Virus record (IMG/VR): IMGVR_UViG_3300014039_000029
Coordinates: 1 to 64,000 of that record
Source of the DNA: a virus
Lineage: Duplodnaviria; Heunggongvirae; Uroviricota; Caudoviricetes
Length of the DNA stretch: 64,000 nucleotides
Reading direction: 5' to 3' (one strand)
Part shown: in pieces, positions 43,835 to 58,800 of the stretch
How positions within the stretch are numbered: the first letter of the stretch is position 1
How the letters are laid out: each line of letters opens with the position of its first letter
The notes under the pieces: generated by a model
Told to the model about the DNA's origin: nothing
The model's input: the letters and a program-made list of their open reading frames with translations, nothing else
The model's database searches: none
Translations under genes and position numbers: made by a program

Positions 43835-46800
43835 GTTCAACTTATCCAGCTGTTCCACAGCATCCATCATGATTCTGTCAATATTCTCATTGGCAAACTT
43901 GATACTCTCGTTGTCACCCGACTTGTCACGAAGTTTCTTCCATTGCTTCATCTGCTTCTCGGCGAGCTCTATCACTCTTACCTTTGCTGCATCCTTTGAG
44001 TTTTGGAAGTTGTAGTAGTCAGCAACGTTCGTCAGCCTCTTGTCAATCGGAACATTCTTCGATTTCAGCCTATCCACATTGGCGATAGTCTTCTCCATTT
44101 CGTCCTTGTAGTTGTACCATTTGCTCTTCGTTCTCTGCAAGCTACTCTGCTCGCTAGGCGTATAGAGTAGGGAGCGAACGAAAGGAATATCCTTGGTCTC
44201 TGTATCAGAACCATGTTTGATAGCTCCAAGTGTACGTTCTGCAAAGGTAGCTGCACCGCCACCGATACCACCGAAGAAGTGGTTGACCATACTAGGGTTA
44301 GTAACCATGTCAAGGAAACCATTGCCTAGCATATCCTCGTTACCCTTGGCTACATCGTTGGTTTGCGCATTCACCCACTTATTGAGGGTCTTCAATCCCT
44401 CTGGCGTACCATTGTAGGCTCTTTGCCAAGCAGGAACGTTCTCGTTCCAATCACCTCGTCTCTCGATAGGCGCACCCTTCCAATCAGAGTTTTGTTCCCA
44501 TTCGATGAAAGGAGCGATGGCAGAAGGGGAGATAGCCTTGATAGTTTCCTCCAAAGGTTTCTTGCCAGCCGAAGAGTTGCCGAGGTAATCCATCACTGGC
44601 ACCAACTGCGACATACAGCCCACTGCATCTAGATAAGGATTCTTCTGTCCGCTCACGTTAGGCGAGAAGGTAAGACCTGCCGCCAAGTCGCCAAGACCAT
44701 AGAAGGCTCTCAACTCAATGGCAAGCGGAATGGTGATAAACTCACCACCACCTTTATAGATACAGAGGTTGTTTCTTCTCACGTAGTCAGGTAGCTCTCC
44801 GTATGGGTCTTTCACGCCATTGCGGTCTTTTTCGTCCTCACTAGCAATTAGCGCATTGTTCAGCAGCGCACCCAAGGCACCGAGCGCAAACGGAATGGAA
44901 AGCATATTCACCGATGTACCTACAGGATGGTTCTTCAGGTTCTTCACAAGAAGGTTCGTGCTCTGAATACCTGCGTTGAAGAACATCGAGCAGTGTCTGA
45001 GATAGCTTGATGTAAAGCCGTAAGCCCATCTTGCAGCAGCCTTTGTGCCGGTCATTTCTCCGTTCTTGAAGCTCTTGATGGCATCACCGCTTCCGTGTCT
45101 GTTGAAGTTGGTAGATACCTCCTTAGCATCATAAGTAGAGCGAACCACCGAACGTCCGAAATCACGACTAGCGCAATAGGTGGAGAATCGCGCGATATTT
45201 TCAGCCACCTCGTTCAGGTTCTCCAGATTGCCAAAGAAGAAATCACGTACCATCTTGCCGCCACGCTGCACCTTGCTACGCTCACCCTTCACATCCTGCT
45301 TATACTGCTTCTCCCATTCCTTCATGTTCTTAATCTGCACCCAGCCAGTCTCACCGCCGTTCTCCATAAACTCCTTGAAGTATCTCTGAATCTTGTCGTT
45401 CATATCCAAGGTGCCGTTGCGATACTTGGCAAACAATCCGAGACCTGTAGAGCCTTGCAAATCCTTCATGCTGATGTTTGATGCTCCCTTGTACAAGCCA
45501 AGCTGTGCGTAATACTTAGCCCACAAGCCGCCGTATCTTGCGCCTTCCTTAGTAGTAACGTTGCTAGATGCAAACTCAGCATCACGCATGATGTTTCTCA
45601 TCACAAACTCAGGGTTATAGGAAGTACAGAGCTGCGCCATCATTCGAGAGATTGAACCAAGAGGCTTCATGATGCCCTTAGCAGCCGAGTTCTCCAGCAA
45701 TCCATTCAATGCCTGTGCCGCTCTAGGGTTTCCGTTCACGATAAAGGAGTGCTTCTTTCCTGCAATCATCACATCGACTATATGCTGCGATTTGTTCTCC
45801 GCTCTCTGGAACTTATACCCGATTCTGCCCCTGCGATACACCTTCGTAGCCAAGCCCTTCGATGCCAAGTCCTTCATTTCCATATTGAAGTCGCTCACAA
45901 TCTGGCTGATTTCGTCAGCGGTCGCATCGTCAGGAATGTCTGGGTAACGCTCCACGGTGGTCTGAGTGATAGGGTCGCTTACATACCAAACGCTCGTTTC
46001 TGTAACTAGATTATTATTGGAGTTATTTCTGATGAATCTAGCGAACGCCTGTTTGATGGCATTCTGTCCGCCGTTCTTGATGGCTCTGTTGCCCATGGCT
46101 CCAATCTGAGCCAAGATGTTCGTTTCACTCAGATACTTGTGTCCCCTTGCCCTCATGATCGTCTTGCCGATATAAGATTTAGGGTCGCCCTTCTCGGTGA
46201 TATATCCGTACGTATCTTCCGCCGTAGCCTCGTCATACTTTCTCAGAGGCACATACCAGTTGAACATCTCCGAAACATGACCATACAGCTCCCTGCTTAT
46301 CAGTCCGTTCCTATAGTCACAGCCGATGGCATACTGGGTTGCAGTCTTCACCTTATCCCAATAGTCCTTCACTGCGCCCTTCTTGATGTCCTCCATTCTG
46401 CCCTCAGAGTCCATCACGCTCTGTATAGCCTCCGCATCATCGTAAGGGTCAGAACTTTTCTCCACCTCCTGAATGGCGTGAATACCCGAATAGTCGTGCT
46501 CGCCAGCATCAAACTTATTCGTTTCATCCACGTAAGTACGGATGAAGTCATCCATCTGCTTGTAATACTCCTTCAAGTCGATGTCACCACGCTCCAACTT
46601 CTCGTCAAGTGTCGCCTTCTCGTTGTTCCAATCATTCTCAATGGTGTCAGCAAGCTTCTTCTTTTTCTCGTCCATGCGCATGTCCTTCAAGGCATCACGC
46701 ACATACAAGATACGGTTGCGCTCCAAACCATGCTTGGTAATCATATAGAGGTTGAAATTACGAATCTTCTCATCGTCATTCTTCCCATCGAAGGCATTCA

Positions 46801-49800
46801 GCACCTCAGCCATCGCCTTGTCGAGAGGCTTCATCACGTTGCGCTCAAACATCTGAGCCGCATCGCTCATCGCTCCCTGCATCGTGTTTTGTAGGATATA
46901 AGGATTCTCCGAGGATGCAATATCCTCAATCTTCTTGCCAGGCACAATCGCCGTCATCAAGTTCTTAAGAGAAAGCATATTGTCCATATAGCTCTCAGTG
47001 AACATATAGCCGTGCTCATCAAGCGAACGATGGTATCTGTCAAGAGCCGTTCCAGTCGATGGGGTAGTGCGGAAGTGAATCTGTCCGTCAGTTGCCTCTT
47101 GGTACTCAGCCTTAGGCAAGTCGCCCAAGTCCCGAGCCTTGCCATCATTACTCTGATACATACCACCCTTGGCGATAACGTCAGGCACATCCTCATGGTC
47201 GAGACGGTATCTTACCGCCTCGGCTCTCATCTTCCAGTAAGGGTCGTTAGGGTTCTTCTGCAAGTTCTTGCTCAACCATAGCAAGTACTTCACATCTTTT
47301 GTGTTAGGAGCCATGCGATAGCCTATTTCGTGCAAGAAGTCAGTAACCTTATTCTTCAAGTTTCTCCAGAAACCAGCCTCGCCTCTTCCTTCCTCGGCAA
47401 GTCGGGCGATACCCTCCTCAATGGCATTATACACATTGAACGGATTGTACTTCATTTCCTCCATCACCAACTTCTTCAAGTCGGCGTTCTCAGGCTTATC
47501 CAAGTCATACCACACATCACGCAGGAACCTGTTGAATCTGTCTTCGCCAAACAACTCTCTCATTCCCTTGTGTCCCACAACCTCATGCCAGATAGTCTTC
47601 TCGGCAGTATAGCGGTCGTGGATGTTAGGCATGTACAAGTGTACCTCGCCAGTCTTCTCGTCATACCAGCCAGTTACATTCTTACCTGCTTCGATGTCAG
47701 CCTTCACCCTAGGGTTCGTAATCTCGTCCGCCGAATTAACCTCGTTCGCTTTCACGCCCACCTTCTCACTCACGTTGGCGATATGGTTAGCCACGATGCT
47801 CTGTGCATCATTACCCTGCTCACCATTGGTAGTACGATAGTGTGCTCTACTCTCCTCGAAGTCATTAGGTGTCTTAACCTTCACATCCATACTATTCAAG
47901 ACATGAAGCACATCATGCAATTTGTCGGCATCGAACGTAGCCCAAAAGTTGTTGCCTTTGGATTGGAAGTTGTGACCATGTACCAAGCCTAGCAGCTCTT
48001 GGTTCAAATAATACTTACCGCCTTCCTTTCTGCTAGCAGGAACATAGATGGTGTACATAGAGCCAAAGTTCTTAGCTATTCTCAACTTGCCGTCAGTTGA
48101 TTTCAATTCCGTTCCGCCTTCTTTCTTGGTAAACCAATTATATGCCTTCGCAATAGGCATATTACCTGTAATTTCCTCCGTGCTCACGCTGTCTGGCACC
48201 AAGATACCTTGCTTAACCTTACCGTCATCGGTAGTGTATGAAATCAAGTGCCCGATGCTATTGTTGTCAGCCAAAGCCTCCAACATATTACCTGTAATGA
48301 TACGTCCTGTTGTTCTGTCTTTCTTAGGAATCATTCTATCCCAAGAATCCATAGTGATAACCTTACACTCCTTGGCGAATCTTTCTGTGTCTGTATCAAT
48401 TCTTTCAAGTACCTTTGGTCTGGTCAGTGGTATTTCCACACGCTTTCTTGAATCGGTGGTAGCAAAGACGATGGAAGATGAACCTAAGTTGTAGTTCTTG
48501 TCGTACTTGAAACCGATAACTCTAGCAAACTCAGGATATGATGAAGTGGCATTGTCTTCCATATACCAATCCGATGGAACACTAACAGTTTTGTTTGGGT
48601 CGCAAACATAGAGCGGACCAATAAACATTTCATATTTAGTGTTTATGTTTGCGATAGCTTCTGATTGTTTCTCCAAAAGTTTCTTTTTGACATCAGCGAC
48701 AACATCAGATATTCTAGTCTTTATCTCTTCTTCTGTCAAAATATGTTCGCCCGGTGCGAGCTGGGTTCCCTTGTCGATTTTCTTTTGAACCTTGTCGTTC
48801 TGTTTCTCTAAAGACTTGCGAGTATTTTCCTCCGCTTTGGCAACTTTCTTTTCCATCTGCTCTGCCATTTTAGCCTTGGTTTCCTCAATCTTGGCAGCTT
48901 GTGCTTCCTTGATTTCAGCAATCTTATCGCTTCTCCAAGTTTCATAGTCCTTGCCGCCGAACATCTTCTTTTGTGCTTCCTGCACCTCCTCAGCCTTCAT
49001 AGGCTTCTTCAAAACATTCATTTCCACAGTTTCGATATAGGTGTTGTCGGCAAAGGCGTTGTCGCCGTTAGGGTCTGAGCCTTCCTTCCAAACCTCACGC
49101 TTCAAGGTCTTAGCCTCCAGTGGCATGTCTGTTATTTCGAGGTCGTTCATACCCATATCGTTCAACTGCTTAATCTTTTGCGCGTAGGCATCCGAAATGT
49201 CTTTTAGTACCACTTCCTGCTCCTTCACTGGTAACAAAGTCAGTCGCTTCATTACCTCGTAAGCAGGAGAGGAAACCGTGTCCTTTGTGTTCTTTCTTAA
49301 CTCTCCAAGCGACAAACCATCCTTGGCGTACTCCATGAATCCCCAACCCAGAGGGTCGGCGAGTTTGTTGTAATACTCTGGGTGTTGCGCCATATACTGC
49401 AAGACTATCTCATCACCATACTTGTTGGTGAAGTCTTGCACATCTACCTCGTTGAATTTACTCTTTTGAGAAGAAGTCGTGTTGGCATCCAATGATTTCA
49501 GTTTGTTCTTGAACATCATCATCAGTCGTTGTTCGGCTGGGATGGATGAAACTAAGTAAACGTACTTTCCTCGTCTTACCTGTCCTGTGCGGTCGATACG
49601 ACCACGCATTTGCACCTCCTCGTTGATATTCCCTTGCATCTGAGCGAATATCATGGTGCGCTGTCTTTGGTCTTTAAACTTAGTAGAGGCATGAAGAGAA
49701 ATACCAGTTGAGGCAGAACGGTTCAAGATAAGCACGTCAAGATCACCATTGTTGAATCGGTCTGCCAAGGCATTCTTGTTGGTATCGGTGCGCTTTTGTC

Positions 49801-52800
49801 TTACCACTTTTCCATCCTCATTATATACGAACTCGGTGTTTCTACCAGTCAGCTCTCCCACACGATAGCCAGCTTGCTCCAACCTGTGTTTGATTACATC
49901 AATAGGGCTGATGCTCAGTCCGCTTGTGGCAGATGCTATCTTTTCCTTGATTTCGTTATATCGTGCCACTGCTTCTTCGCCAAGTTCCTCAAGTCTCAAT
50001 ACCTTATTGTCTCGGTCTCCATATTCATTCTTCTCGGTGTATCTCAATATACCTTCCAAACCTTTCATAAGGGTAGTGTTAAGGTCTGGCATATCCATCA
50101 CTTCTCCCATCGGGTACTCGTCTGTCATACCCTCCATGGTGTTGTTTACTGCGATAACAGGTTTCTCTCCGTTCTTGATGGCTTCGATGGCATAGTCTGC
50201 CACCTTCTCAGCTTTGATGGAGAAGAGTGCTTGCTGTACTACATTGTAAGCTTTGCTTGCAAATGTAACGTTGCCGATACCCATATCCTTTGTTCCAGGT
50301 GTGTGGTCCACGCTACCTTGGATTAATGCGGCATCATCGCTCATTTCCCCCAACTTGGCATCCACGTAAGTACGTTGGAAGTTCAATATGTCGTTGAATA
50401 TACCAAAGATATTGTCAAACTTGTCTCGTTGTGCTTGAATCTCTGTTTCGTCCTCGGTAAGTGGATTCCAGTCGATGGTTACGCCAGTCATATCTCGCTC
50501 ACGGCGAATCATCTGACCGCTTCGTGTCAAGGCTTGGCTCATAATCTCTTGGAACACGGTACCACCTTTCTTGATGGCATTCAGAATTTTCCAAGAAGCA
50601 TCATCCTTTTCGTCCTTTTCGTCCTTGCTCTTACTGCCCAAGTCTGTCTTCAAGGCATACAGTTTCATCGCATCAGGAGTTTTTGCATAGGTAGCACTAA
50701 GGAATGTTACGCCCTTAGCCTTTGGCAAAACCTTCTGAATGAATGCACTTCCGCTTCCTTCACCTGCGGCATCATGACTTTCGTCAAGTATAAAGATACT
50801 GTTCTCTGCGAGTTTTTCAATAGCATCACGCTTCAACTGTCCGTTGCGGTCAGCTGCATTAATCTTTTTCTTATCTTTCCACTTGCCACCCTTATATTCC
50901 TGCAAACCCGTTCTGATTTGCGAATAAGTGGTGAGGATATAATCATATCCCTCTGGCAATTTTCCGTTTTCTGCGATATATTTTAATACTCGTTGTGTTT
51001 CTGTAGTGCTTGGCACATTATATATAATGCGCTGTTTTCTTACCTTGGTAACCCTTCCGTCAAGTCCTTTCACCTCTTCATCGTAGTTCTCCTTAATGTT
51101 GCCATCCTTGCTGGAGGCTAGGATAAATGGACGCAATTCAGGACTACCAATGTCTGTCAAGTCACGATAGGTGTCAGAGAAAAGGTTAGGCTTGATGGTG
51201 AACGATACTGGAATCCTACCTTGCTTAACCGCATAACGAATGATGGCAGCAGCTTGTCTTCCCTTACCTATACCAGTCTGGTCTCCAATAATGAAGCCAT
51301 TGCCTTTCTCCATCTGTTTTAATCCCAAGGCAACAGCATCCACTTGCTCGGCGGCGAGATGTGCGTACAAATCTTCCTTGTCATTATAGCCAAGGTTATC
51401 TACCAAGTATTGGTCGGCATCGCCAAGCTTATTCAATACCGTTTCAAGTGCCTCTTTTTGTCTAGCTGGTACCACGGCACCGAGCGACATGGAATGACTG
51501 TTAGGGGTATATGCAACCTTCTCTGTAGTCAAAGTTTGTTTCTTCTCTTCCTTTGGTTGGGTAGGAGTGTTGCTTACTGATTGAACATCTGAGGACTGTA
51601 GTCGTACTCCACGCTCTCGTCCATCTGTTCCGTTATCAGTTGCGCTAGTGTTGCTTCCTCCAGAGATAGAGTTGTCTCCTCGTCCGCTACTTCCATCGGT
51701 TCGTTCAGATTGTGGTACAGAAGTTTGTCCCCCTCTTGTGTCTGGGTTACTATTTCCATCGCTAGCACTCTCAGTTGTTCCTCCGTTGGCATCTTCTCGT
51801 TGCTCCACAGGTCGGGTGCTTGTGTCCAGTTCAGTCTGTTTAGGATTTGCAGGAGTTCTGTCAGAAACTCCTTCGTCTCCCATTCGTCCGACTCGTCCAC
51901 CATTCTCTTTAGTAGAATCAGAAACGTTTGTTCTATCACCTGCATTGTCACCTTTTCGCTTTTCTTCTCCGTGAATATCCACGGATTTGTCTTTGCTACG
52001 TAGTATGTCATCGTTTATTCTTTTATAAAGTTCGTCATAATCTTTCACGGATTCTGCTCTAGCGTTCTTCTCCACTGGTGGGTACACCTTGTTTTCTGGG
52101 TCGAACTTGCGTCTTCCGTTTATTAATATAATACGTGTAGGGTAGGTAGTTCCCTGCTTTGCATAGAGACTGCCATCCACATTTATCACGTCCTCCACAT
52201 TATAGTGGCTGTAGAGATAACCAAGGAAAGCCTTATCCTTCGGGTTCAGACTTCCGTTCTTGGCGTATTCCGTCTTGCCGCCGATGATGATGGCAGCACG
52301 ACCATCGTTCTTCATGCTCTCCAAGGCATTGATAGCCATCTGACCCTCCAGAGAGGAAATCTTGTAGCCGTCATACTCCTTTGGCGTTGCACTACCGAAT
52401 GGTGGGTTAGTTACCACCACGTCCACGTCCTTGTCGGCGAAAGGCTGGGTTCCGTCTTGGCTCGTCACGTTCTTGAAGCCCTGTCTTCTCAGGTTCGCCA
52501 AACGTTGAGCGTCAATGTCGTTCACATGCACCACGTCCATAGGCAAGCCGATGGTAAGCATACCGTTTCCTGCGCTAGGCTCCAGTGCGCTCTTCACTTC
52601 CTTGCCGCCTCCCTTCACATACATATCTGCCAAGAAAGCGTATGGGGCAGGGGTGGAATACTGCTGTCTCATTACTCGCTCAGAGTCACGTTGGTTGAGG
52701 CTAGGCTGATTCTGGTAGAGCTGCTTGATAAGTTCAAACTTCTTCTCGTTGCTTGTGGCAGGAGAGGAAAGAATCTCCCTCGCCTTGCTTACGATGGCAG

Positions 52801-55800
52801 TCTCAGCCAATTCCTGAAGGTCGGTGTCCTTCACGTCCTTCAATCCGCTGCTCTCCGCTATCTTTCTCAGCCCAACGATACCGTTCTTGAATCCACCGAG
52901 CGACAAAACAGTCTTCACCTTATTAATAAAGGTAGCCTCTTTCTGCTTTCTGTCCTCTGCATCCTTTGAGTCGCCCACAAGCTTCTCCTTGTGCTCAGGC
53001 GTATTCTTGCGCTCACGCTCGGCATACTCAGAGAGCTTCATGCGCTCACCTGTCTCAGGGTCAGTATATCTACCCTTATAGGCAGCCTCAGCCAAAATCT
53101 TGTTGGCATCATCCTTATTGATGTTTCCGAAGAAGAAAGCGAAGTCCTTTCTCACTCTCTCCATTACATCTTCAAGATCATACACTCCCTCCTTGATTCG
53201 GGCGTACATACTACCCTTGATGGCAGTCAACAGCTTAGGGAGAATCTCCTTCTGCTTGTCGGTCAGCGTAAGATGTCTGTCCATCCACTTCAAAGCCTTC
53301 GATGGGAGAGGCATAGGCAAAGAGAATAGCTTCCCGCTGCCATCATCCTTTCGGTCTTTGGCAGCATCAAGGAATTGCTGCATCAAGTCGGCAGTCTCCT
53401 TGTCACGCTCAGCCTTGAATTTCTTCACGTCAGCCTTCTTCTTTGCTCTCTCGTTAGAGGCATTGATAACGTCCATCACCTTCTGGGTAGCTGTCTTCTG
53501 CTTCTCGTCTTTCTCTGCCTTCTCCTTCTCGAATCCTTCTGCAGCATTCTTAATGCCTTCCATTGGGTCAGAAGAAACATTTTTTGCCTCGCCCTGGGCA
53601 ACTTCTTGCTCTGGCTTAGGCAAAGTTTTGCCTTGGCTAGGGCGATTTTTGTAAGCCTGTTCGTAGCAGATGCGAGCAATCTCAGAATCATCCTCGCCGT
53701 TCAGGTAGTCAATGGCAGTGTACTTGGCTTCATCATCTAAGCCCTCAACCGACATAATTTCATCCTCGGTCATAGGGTGCTCCTTCTTGAAGTCCTCGGC
53801 AGCAGCTTCAATCGGGTTAAACTTAGGGTCTGGCTTCTCCTCCTTTGGAAGCAATCTCATTCCATCCCAATCATAGGCATTGGCACCATTGGCTTTTCTT
53901 ACGAGGTCGATGCCCTTGTAAATCTCCCTTTCCCTCTCTTCGATTTCGTCTGGGTGCATACTCAGCAAGTACTCGTCATCCAAACCCTTCATGGCATCAA
54001 TCAGCCAGCTAGCCTGTTTCTTGTTAGGAATCATACCTTCAAGAGCCGATTCCCAAAGATGCTCTCCCTTTGCCAACTTCATCAGATACTTCATCTGTTT
54101 CTCAGTAGCAGCAGGGATAGGCTCGTCAGTGATTTTGTCTAAGATGCCCTTGGTATAATGGTTGAGAATGAGGTCAACGGTTGTGCTCTTGGTTCTCTGG
54201 CGACCGCCATACTCATCATAAGGAATGCCATAGTGCTCAGCCAAAAGCTCCTCAGCCTGTGCAAGCATACCCCAAGCCTCATCCTTCTTCTTCACGGTTC
54301 CGCTAGCTATCTTGTCGAGTATGGCTTGCTTTCGCTCAGGGATGGTAGCCTTAGCATTTACCGAGCTCTTGGCTTTTTCAAGTTCCTTCTTCCACAAGTC
54401 TTCCACGGAAGCCTCGTCCATGACCCCCATCATGTTCTGATGGTCTTTGAAAGCGAACTCATATTTCGTAGCCGCATCCTCTACGTCCTTGGCAGACTTG
54501 CCATCCTGCAAAGCCTTGATGTAAGCCTCCCTCTTTTCGTCAACGCTAGCTTGGTGCTCACGAATCTGCTTAGGAGTGAAGCCTACAGAGTTTGGCTTGT
54601 CTTCATCTGCTTCTCGTAATCCTCGTACGCCAGATTCAGAACCTCGTCCTGCGGCATTCTCGGATTTTCCATTGCTATCTTCTCGTACAGGTCGTACACT
54701 TCCCTCGTCACGTCTATCAACGCTCTGCGTCCGCTTGGACTCTTGATTTCCATTCTCACTAAGTCCTTGTTTGCTTCTTCTTTCATTTTCTCTGAATTTA
54801 AATGTTTCTTGTGCTATTTTTTGTAGCGTTGGATTAGACGTTATTTGAGAAACCACGTCTTCACCCTCTGCATACATTTCTTGTACGATATGAGCTAACG
54901 CCTCGTCTGCCAACATCCGGATTGGGTCTTCGCCAAAAGATTCCAATCTTGCAGCCTCATTGCGATAATACTTGTTTCCACACACCAGCTCGATGACATC
55001 TTCCAAGTCTGTTCGTTTGATGTCGCCATTCTCAACAGAGTAAACCAACATATTGACTCTTGAAGGGTCTTCGGCGTTATCATTATGCACGTACTCATGG
55101 GCAAAAGACCTTGCCAAATCCTTAGAATCCTTTGTGCTACCTAAATAGATATGAACTTTTCCGTTCTCGTAATAAGCAGCATAATTCCCACCAAACTTTA
55201 AAGCATTCTCGATATTCTTTCGTTCGGAAGGACTATTAGCCGCATCAAGCAATTCTTCCTTGGTCTTGTAAACCTCTGGCTCATCATAGCCATTCTGCTT
55301 GGCATAGTCTTTCACATACTCCGCCATATCGTCAAGAATCTGCTTGCGTTCCTCGTCCTTGGCAGTCTTAAGCTTCTCTACTGATTGGTCGAACCACTCA
55401 TCGTTTCGCTCTGGTTCAGCTGTGCCAGCTGCTCCTCCTGCTTCTTCTGCAAGTTTTTCATTGCCAGCAACATCATTGCCTCCTTCTTTCTCTGTAATTC
55501 TTCCTGTTTCATTGCCATATAGTTTAATGTTATTTTCCTTGATAGCCTTGCTTCCCTTCAAGAACTCAGCCACAAGCTGCTCTGGGGTAAGCATTTCGTA
55601 GAACGACAAGGCACCCTCATTCGTGTTGTAGTTCTTGGCGATGTTGTTATACTCGCTCATCAATTCACGGAAGGTAGAAGCCTTGCCCTCCAGAGCCTGA
55701 GCCATAGCTTGTGCCATCATCGGGAATCTATCTCTAGCATTCTCGCCGAAGGCACTGCTTTGTCTCAGCAAGTCATCCACGCTCATCTTGTTTCTTCCAG

Positions 55801-58800
55801 CCTCATAGAGCAACTGGATGGCTTGGTCTATCTCGTCACGCAGAGAGTAGTCGCCCAGCTTCAAGTTATCCATGATGGCACGAATGCCATTGATGGCAGC
55901 GTTCTTGATCTTGCTATCCACTCCAAGCATACGGATAGTCTCTGGCTTGAACACAGAGCCAAGCAAGAGGTTCTTCACATACTCCTTGCCCTGCGCCGAC
56001 AGTCTGTCTGGACCATCCATGAAGCCAGCCACCTCGTTCTGTCCGATGACACCTTTACTTACTAACGTCTTCACCAAGTCATTTATTGCCTTGGAATTGT
56101 TAAAGAAAGCATCCAAGCTACCATTTCCCTCAATGTCGGCAACGATGGCACCCACCTCGTCGCTAGTCAAGGTCTTAGCCTTAGCCACAGCTTGCTCGGT
56201 GTTGCTCTGCGTCTTCTTCTCGTTTCTGTTGAACATGGAGAAGGTAGCCGTATCATAAGGCAATCTTTCATCAGTTACCATCACAAGACGTGGATGCTCG
56301 ATTCCACTCTGCTCAATCTGCTCCTTGGTGAAGCCATAGTTCTGGGCATTGTCCATCAAGTCCTCGATGTATTCAGCATCTGTACCGTTCTTCGCAGCCT
56401 TCTGTCCTGCCATGGTTCTTCCGTTGCCATCGTAAACGATACCCTCGTCAGATACCGTAGGCACCTGAGAAATCGCCTGTCCGCTGTACTTCTGAGCCAT
56501 CTGGTCGGTGGTCTGTTGCGCCGCCTTGTCGTGCTCATAGTCTCTATCATTTATAGTTCTTCCCTCTGCATCCACAGGGAAGCCCTCTGACTTCTTATAG
56601 TCATTCATTACATCGTGCGAAGGAGTCAAGCTTTCGGCAGGAACAATCTCATAGTGTCCGCTAATCTTGTCGCCGTTAGGCAGACGCTTGCTTACGTGGT
56701 TGCCTTGTAATCTCGGCGCATTCTGGAACTTCTTGGCTACCTCGCTGCTAGCCTCGTTGGCACCCTCCACCTTTTCCTCGGTAGGTTTGCCCATGGTCTC
56801 AGCCACAGCCTTGGCAGTCATCGCCTTCTTGATGTTCTGCGCCTGTTCAAGCTGCTTCTTTGCAGCCTCGATGGTCTTAGCCTTTGCCTTCTGCTGTTCG
56901 ATAACATCATTAGGCTCGCCGCTCATGTCAATTTTCATCTTCTCGGCATCCTTCACAGCTTTCTCTGCTTGCTTGATTTGTGCATCCACGTAAGGCTCTG
57001 CACTATCCCCCAAGTCCTGCGAAAGAATCTCCGCCGCCTGTTCTGGCTTCATCGCTCCATAGTCAGGTGTTGGTCTTCCCTTTCTATCAGTAGTCATCGG
57101 CACATCGGTTCCGTCCGCAAACTTTCTAGTCTGCTGAGGCTGCTCTTGTGGTACTAAGTCCTCTTTTGTGGTATTATCTTTCGGCGAAGTGGTACTAACT
57201 TTTGCCGATGTGGTATTATCTTGTGGTGCTAACTCGCCATTTTTGCCACCATTCTCTGATTTGTGCTGAGTTTCTTCTTTTGGTTGAGGTTTAGCTGCAT
57301 CCTGCATCGCCTGTTCCTGAGCCGCCTCATTGTAAGGCTGAGAGTTAATCATCTGCAATCTTTGACGATACTCGTTGGCGAAATCCTCAGGCATCTGAGT
57401 CCGCATGAAGGTCACATCGTCCGTCTTCAAGTACACCATTTCCTTTGTGTTAGGGTCTAGGCAGATAAGCAAGTCGCCCACATCTTCCTTCGCACGACCA
57501 GTGGTAGGGTCGAAAGCCACATCGCCAGAGCCAACAATCAAGACTCTGCCATCGCTGTCCTGCACATAAACCACCTGTTCGCCGTTCATCTTCTTACCGT
57601 TCAACTCACCCTTGTAGCTCCAATCCTGCACGACACCGCTCACCACTTCCTCAATCTTCTGCTTGGTAGCCTCCTGCATACCCAGCACTCTAGCGTTCGC
57701 ATTGATATAATGGGCAAATGGTTCCAGCTGCTCCTGTGTCAGTCCGTTCTGAACCATCCAGTCGTAAATCTGAGGGTTGGTAAGCCCCTGGCTCTGTAGC
57801 TTCTTGAAGTTCTGGCTGAACACATCGTTATCCCTCATCAGTACGTCCATTTCAGCCTCAGCCTGTCTCAGTCCATTCAACTCCTGCTTTACCGCCTCGC
57901 CGTTTGGCTGCTCGGTGCCAAGGTTGTTGTCGCTAGCCACGTCCTTTCCGTTCAGGTTGCTCTGCTCTGCGTGAACCTTGTTAGGAGGAAAAGCCGTAAA
58001 TTCCATTATCTGGCGAAGATGAATGCAAGCCTCCTGCTCCCTGTCTGTTCTGCGCATGGCAGACTTATTGAAAGCCTTTACAAGGTCAGCGGTTTCCATA
58101 CCATATTGCTTGGCTACCGAGTCGAATATCTTCAACACGTTGCCTTTCTCCATGGCATAGTTAGTAAACTCACGTTCTACGGCAGATCCTTTAATACCCA
58201 ATCCGTCAACAAAGGCACGAATATCAGCGTTACTAACGGCATTCTTGATTCCCTGCATATAGAAATCATTCTGCATGTCATAGTTATTCTTGTCTATATT
58301 AGTAACAGCGGAAATAGCATTCCAGAGTCTAGCTTGCTCCTTGTAAGCTTTCATTGTATACAGAGCTTTATCCTTCTCATCGGCATCCGTGTATTCTCGC
58401 TTTGAAAGCAACTCGCCATATTTCGAATATTCATTGATGTATTTGCGTGTACCTCGGTTCAGATTATCTTTCATAACTACCTCATTGGTGAACAACACAT
58501 AGTCCATCAATGGGCGAGAGGAAGGCATAACGCCCATCACCATAGCTGAGAACTTAGCCTTGGCATCCCAAGACACGTTAGGGTCGGCGATAATCTTATC
58601 ATAGACAGTCTCGACAACCTTCATGTCTCTCTCAACATCGCCAAATGAAGTTGGCTCGCCGATGAAAGGCTTCTCCAAAATACCACCAGTTGTTTTCAGC
58701 TCCGTTTTTGCTTTCATGGCAGCATCGAACACGTTCCCAAACAGCCCCGGGTTAGCAGCGTTGGTCTCATCGATGGAGTTCATAATCTGCTGCTTCTCTC

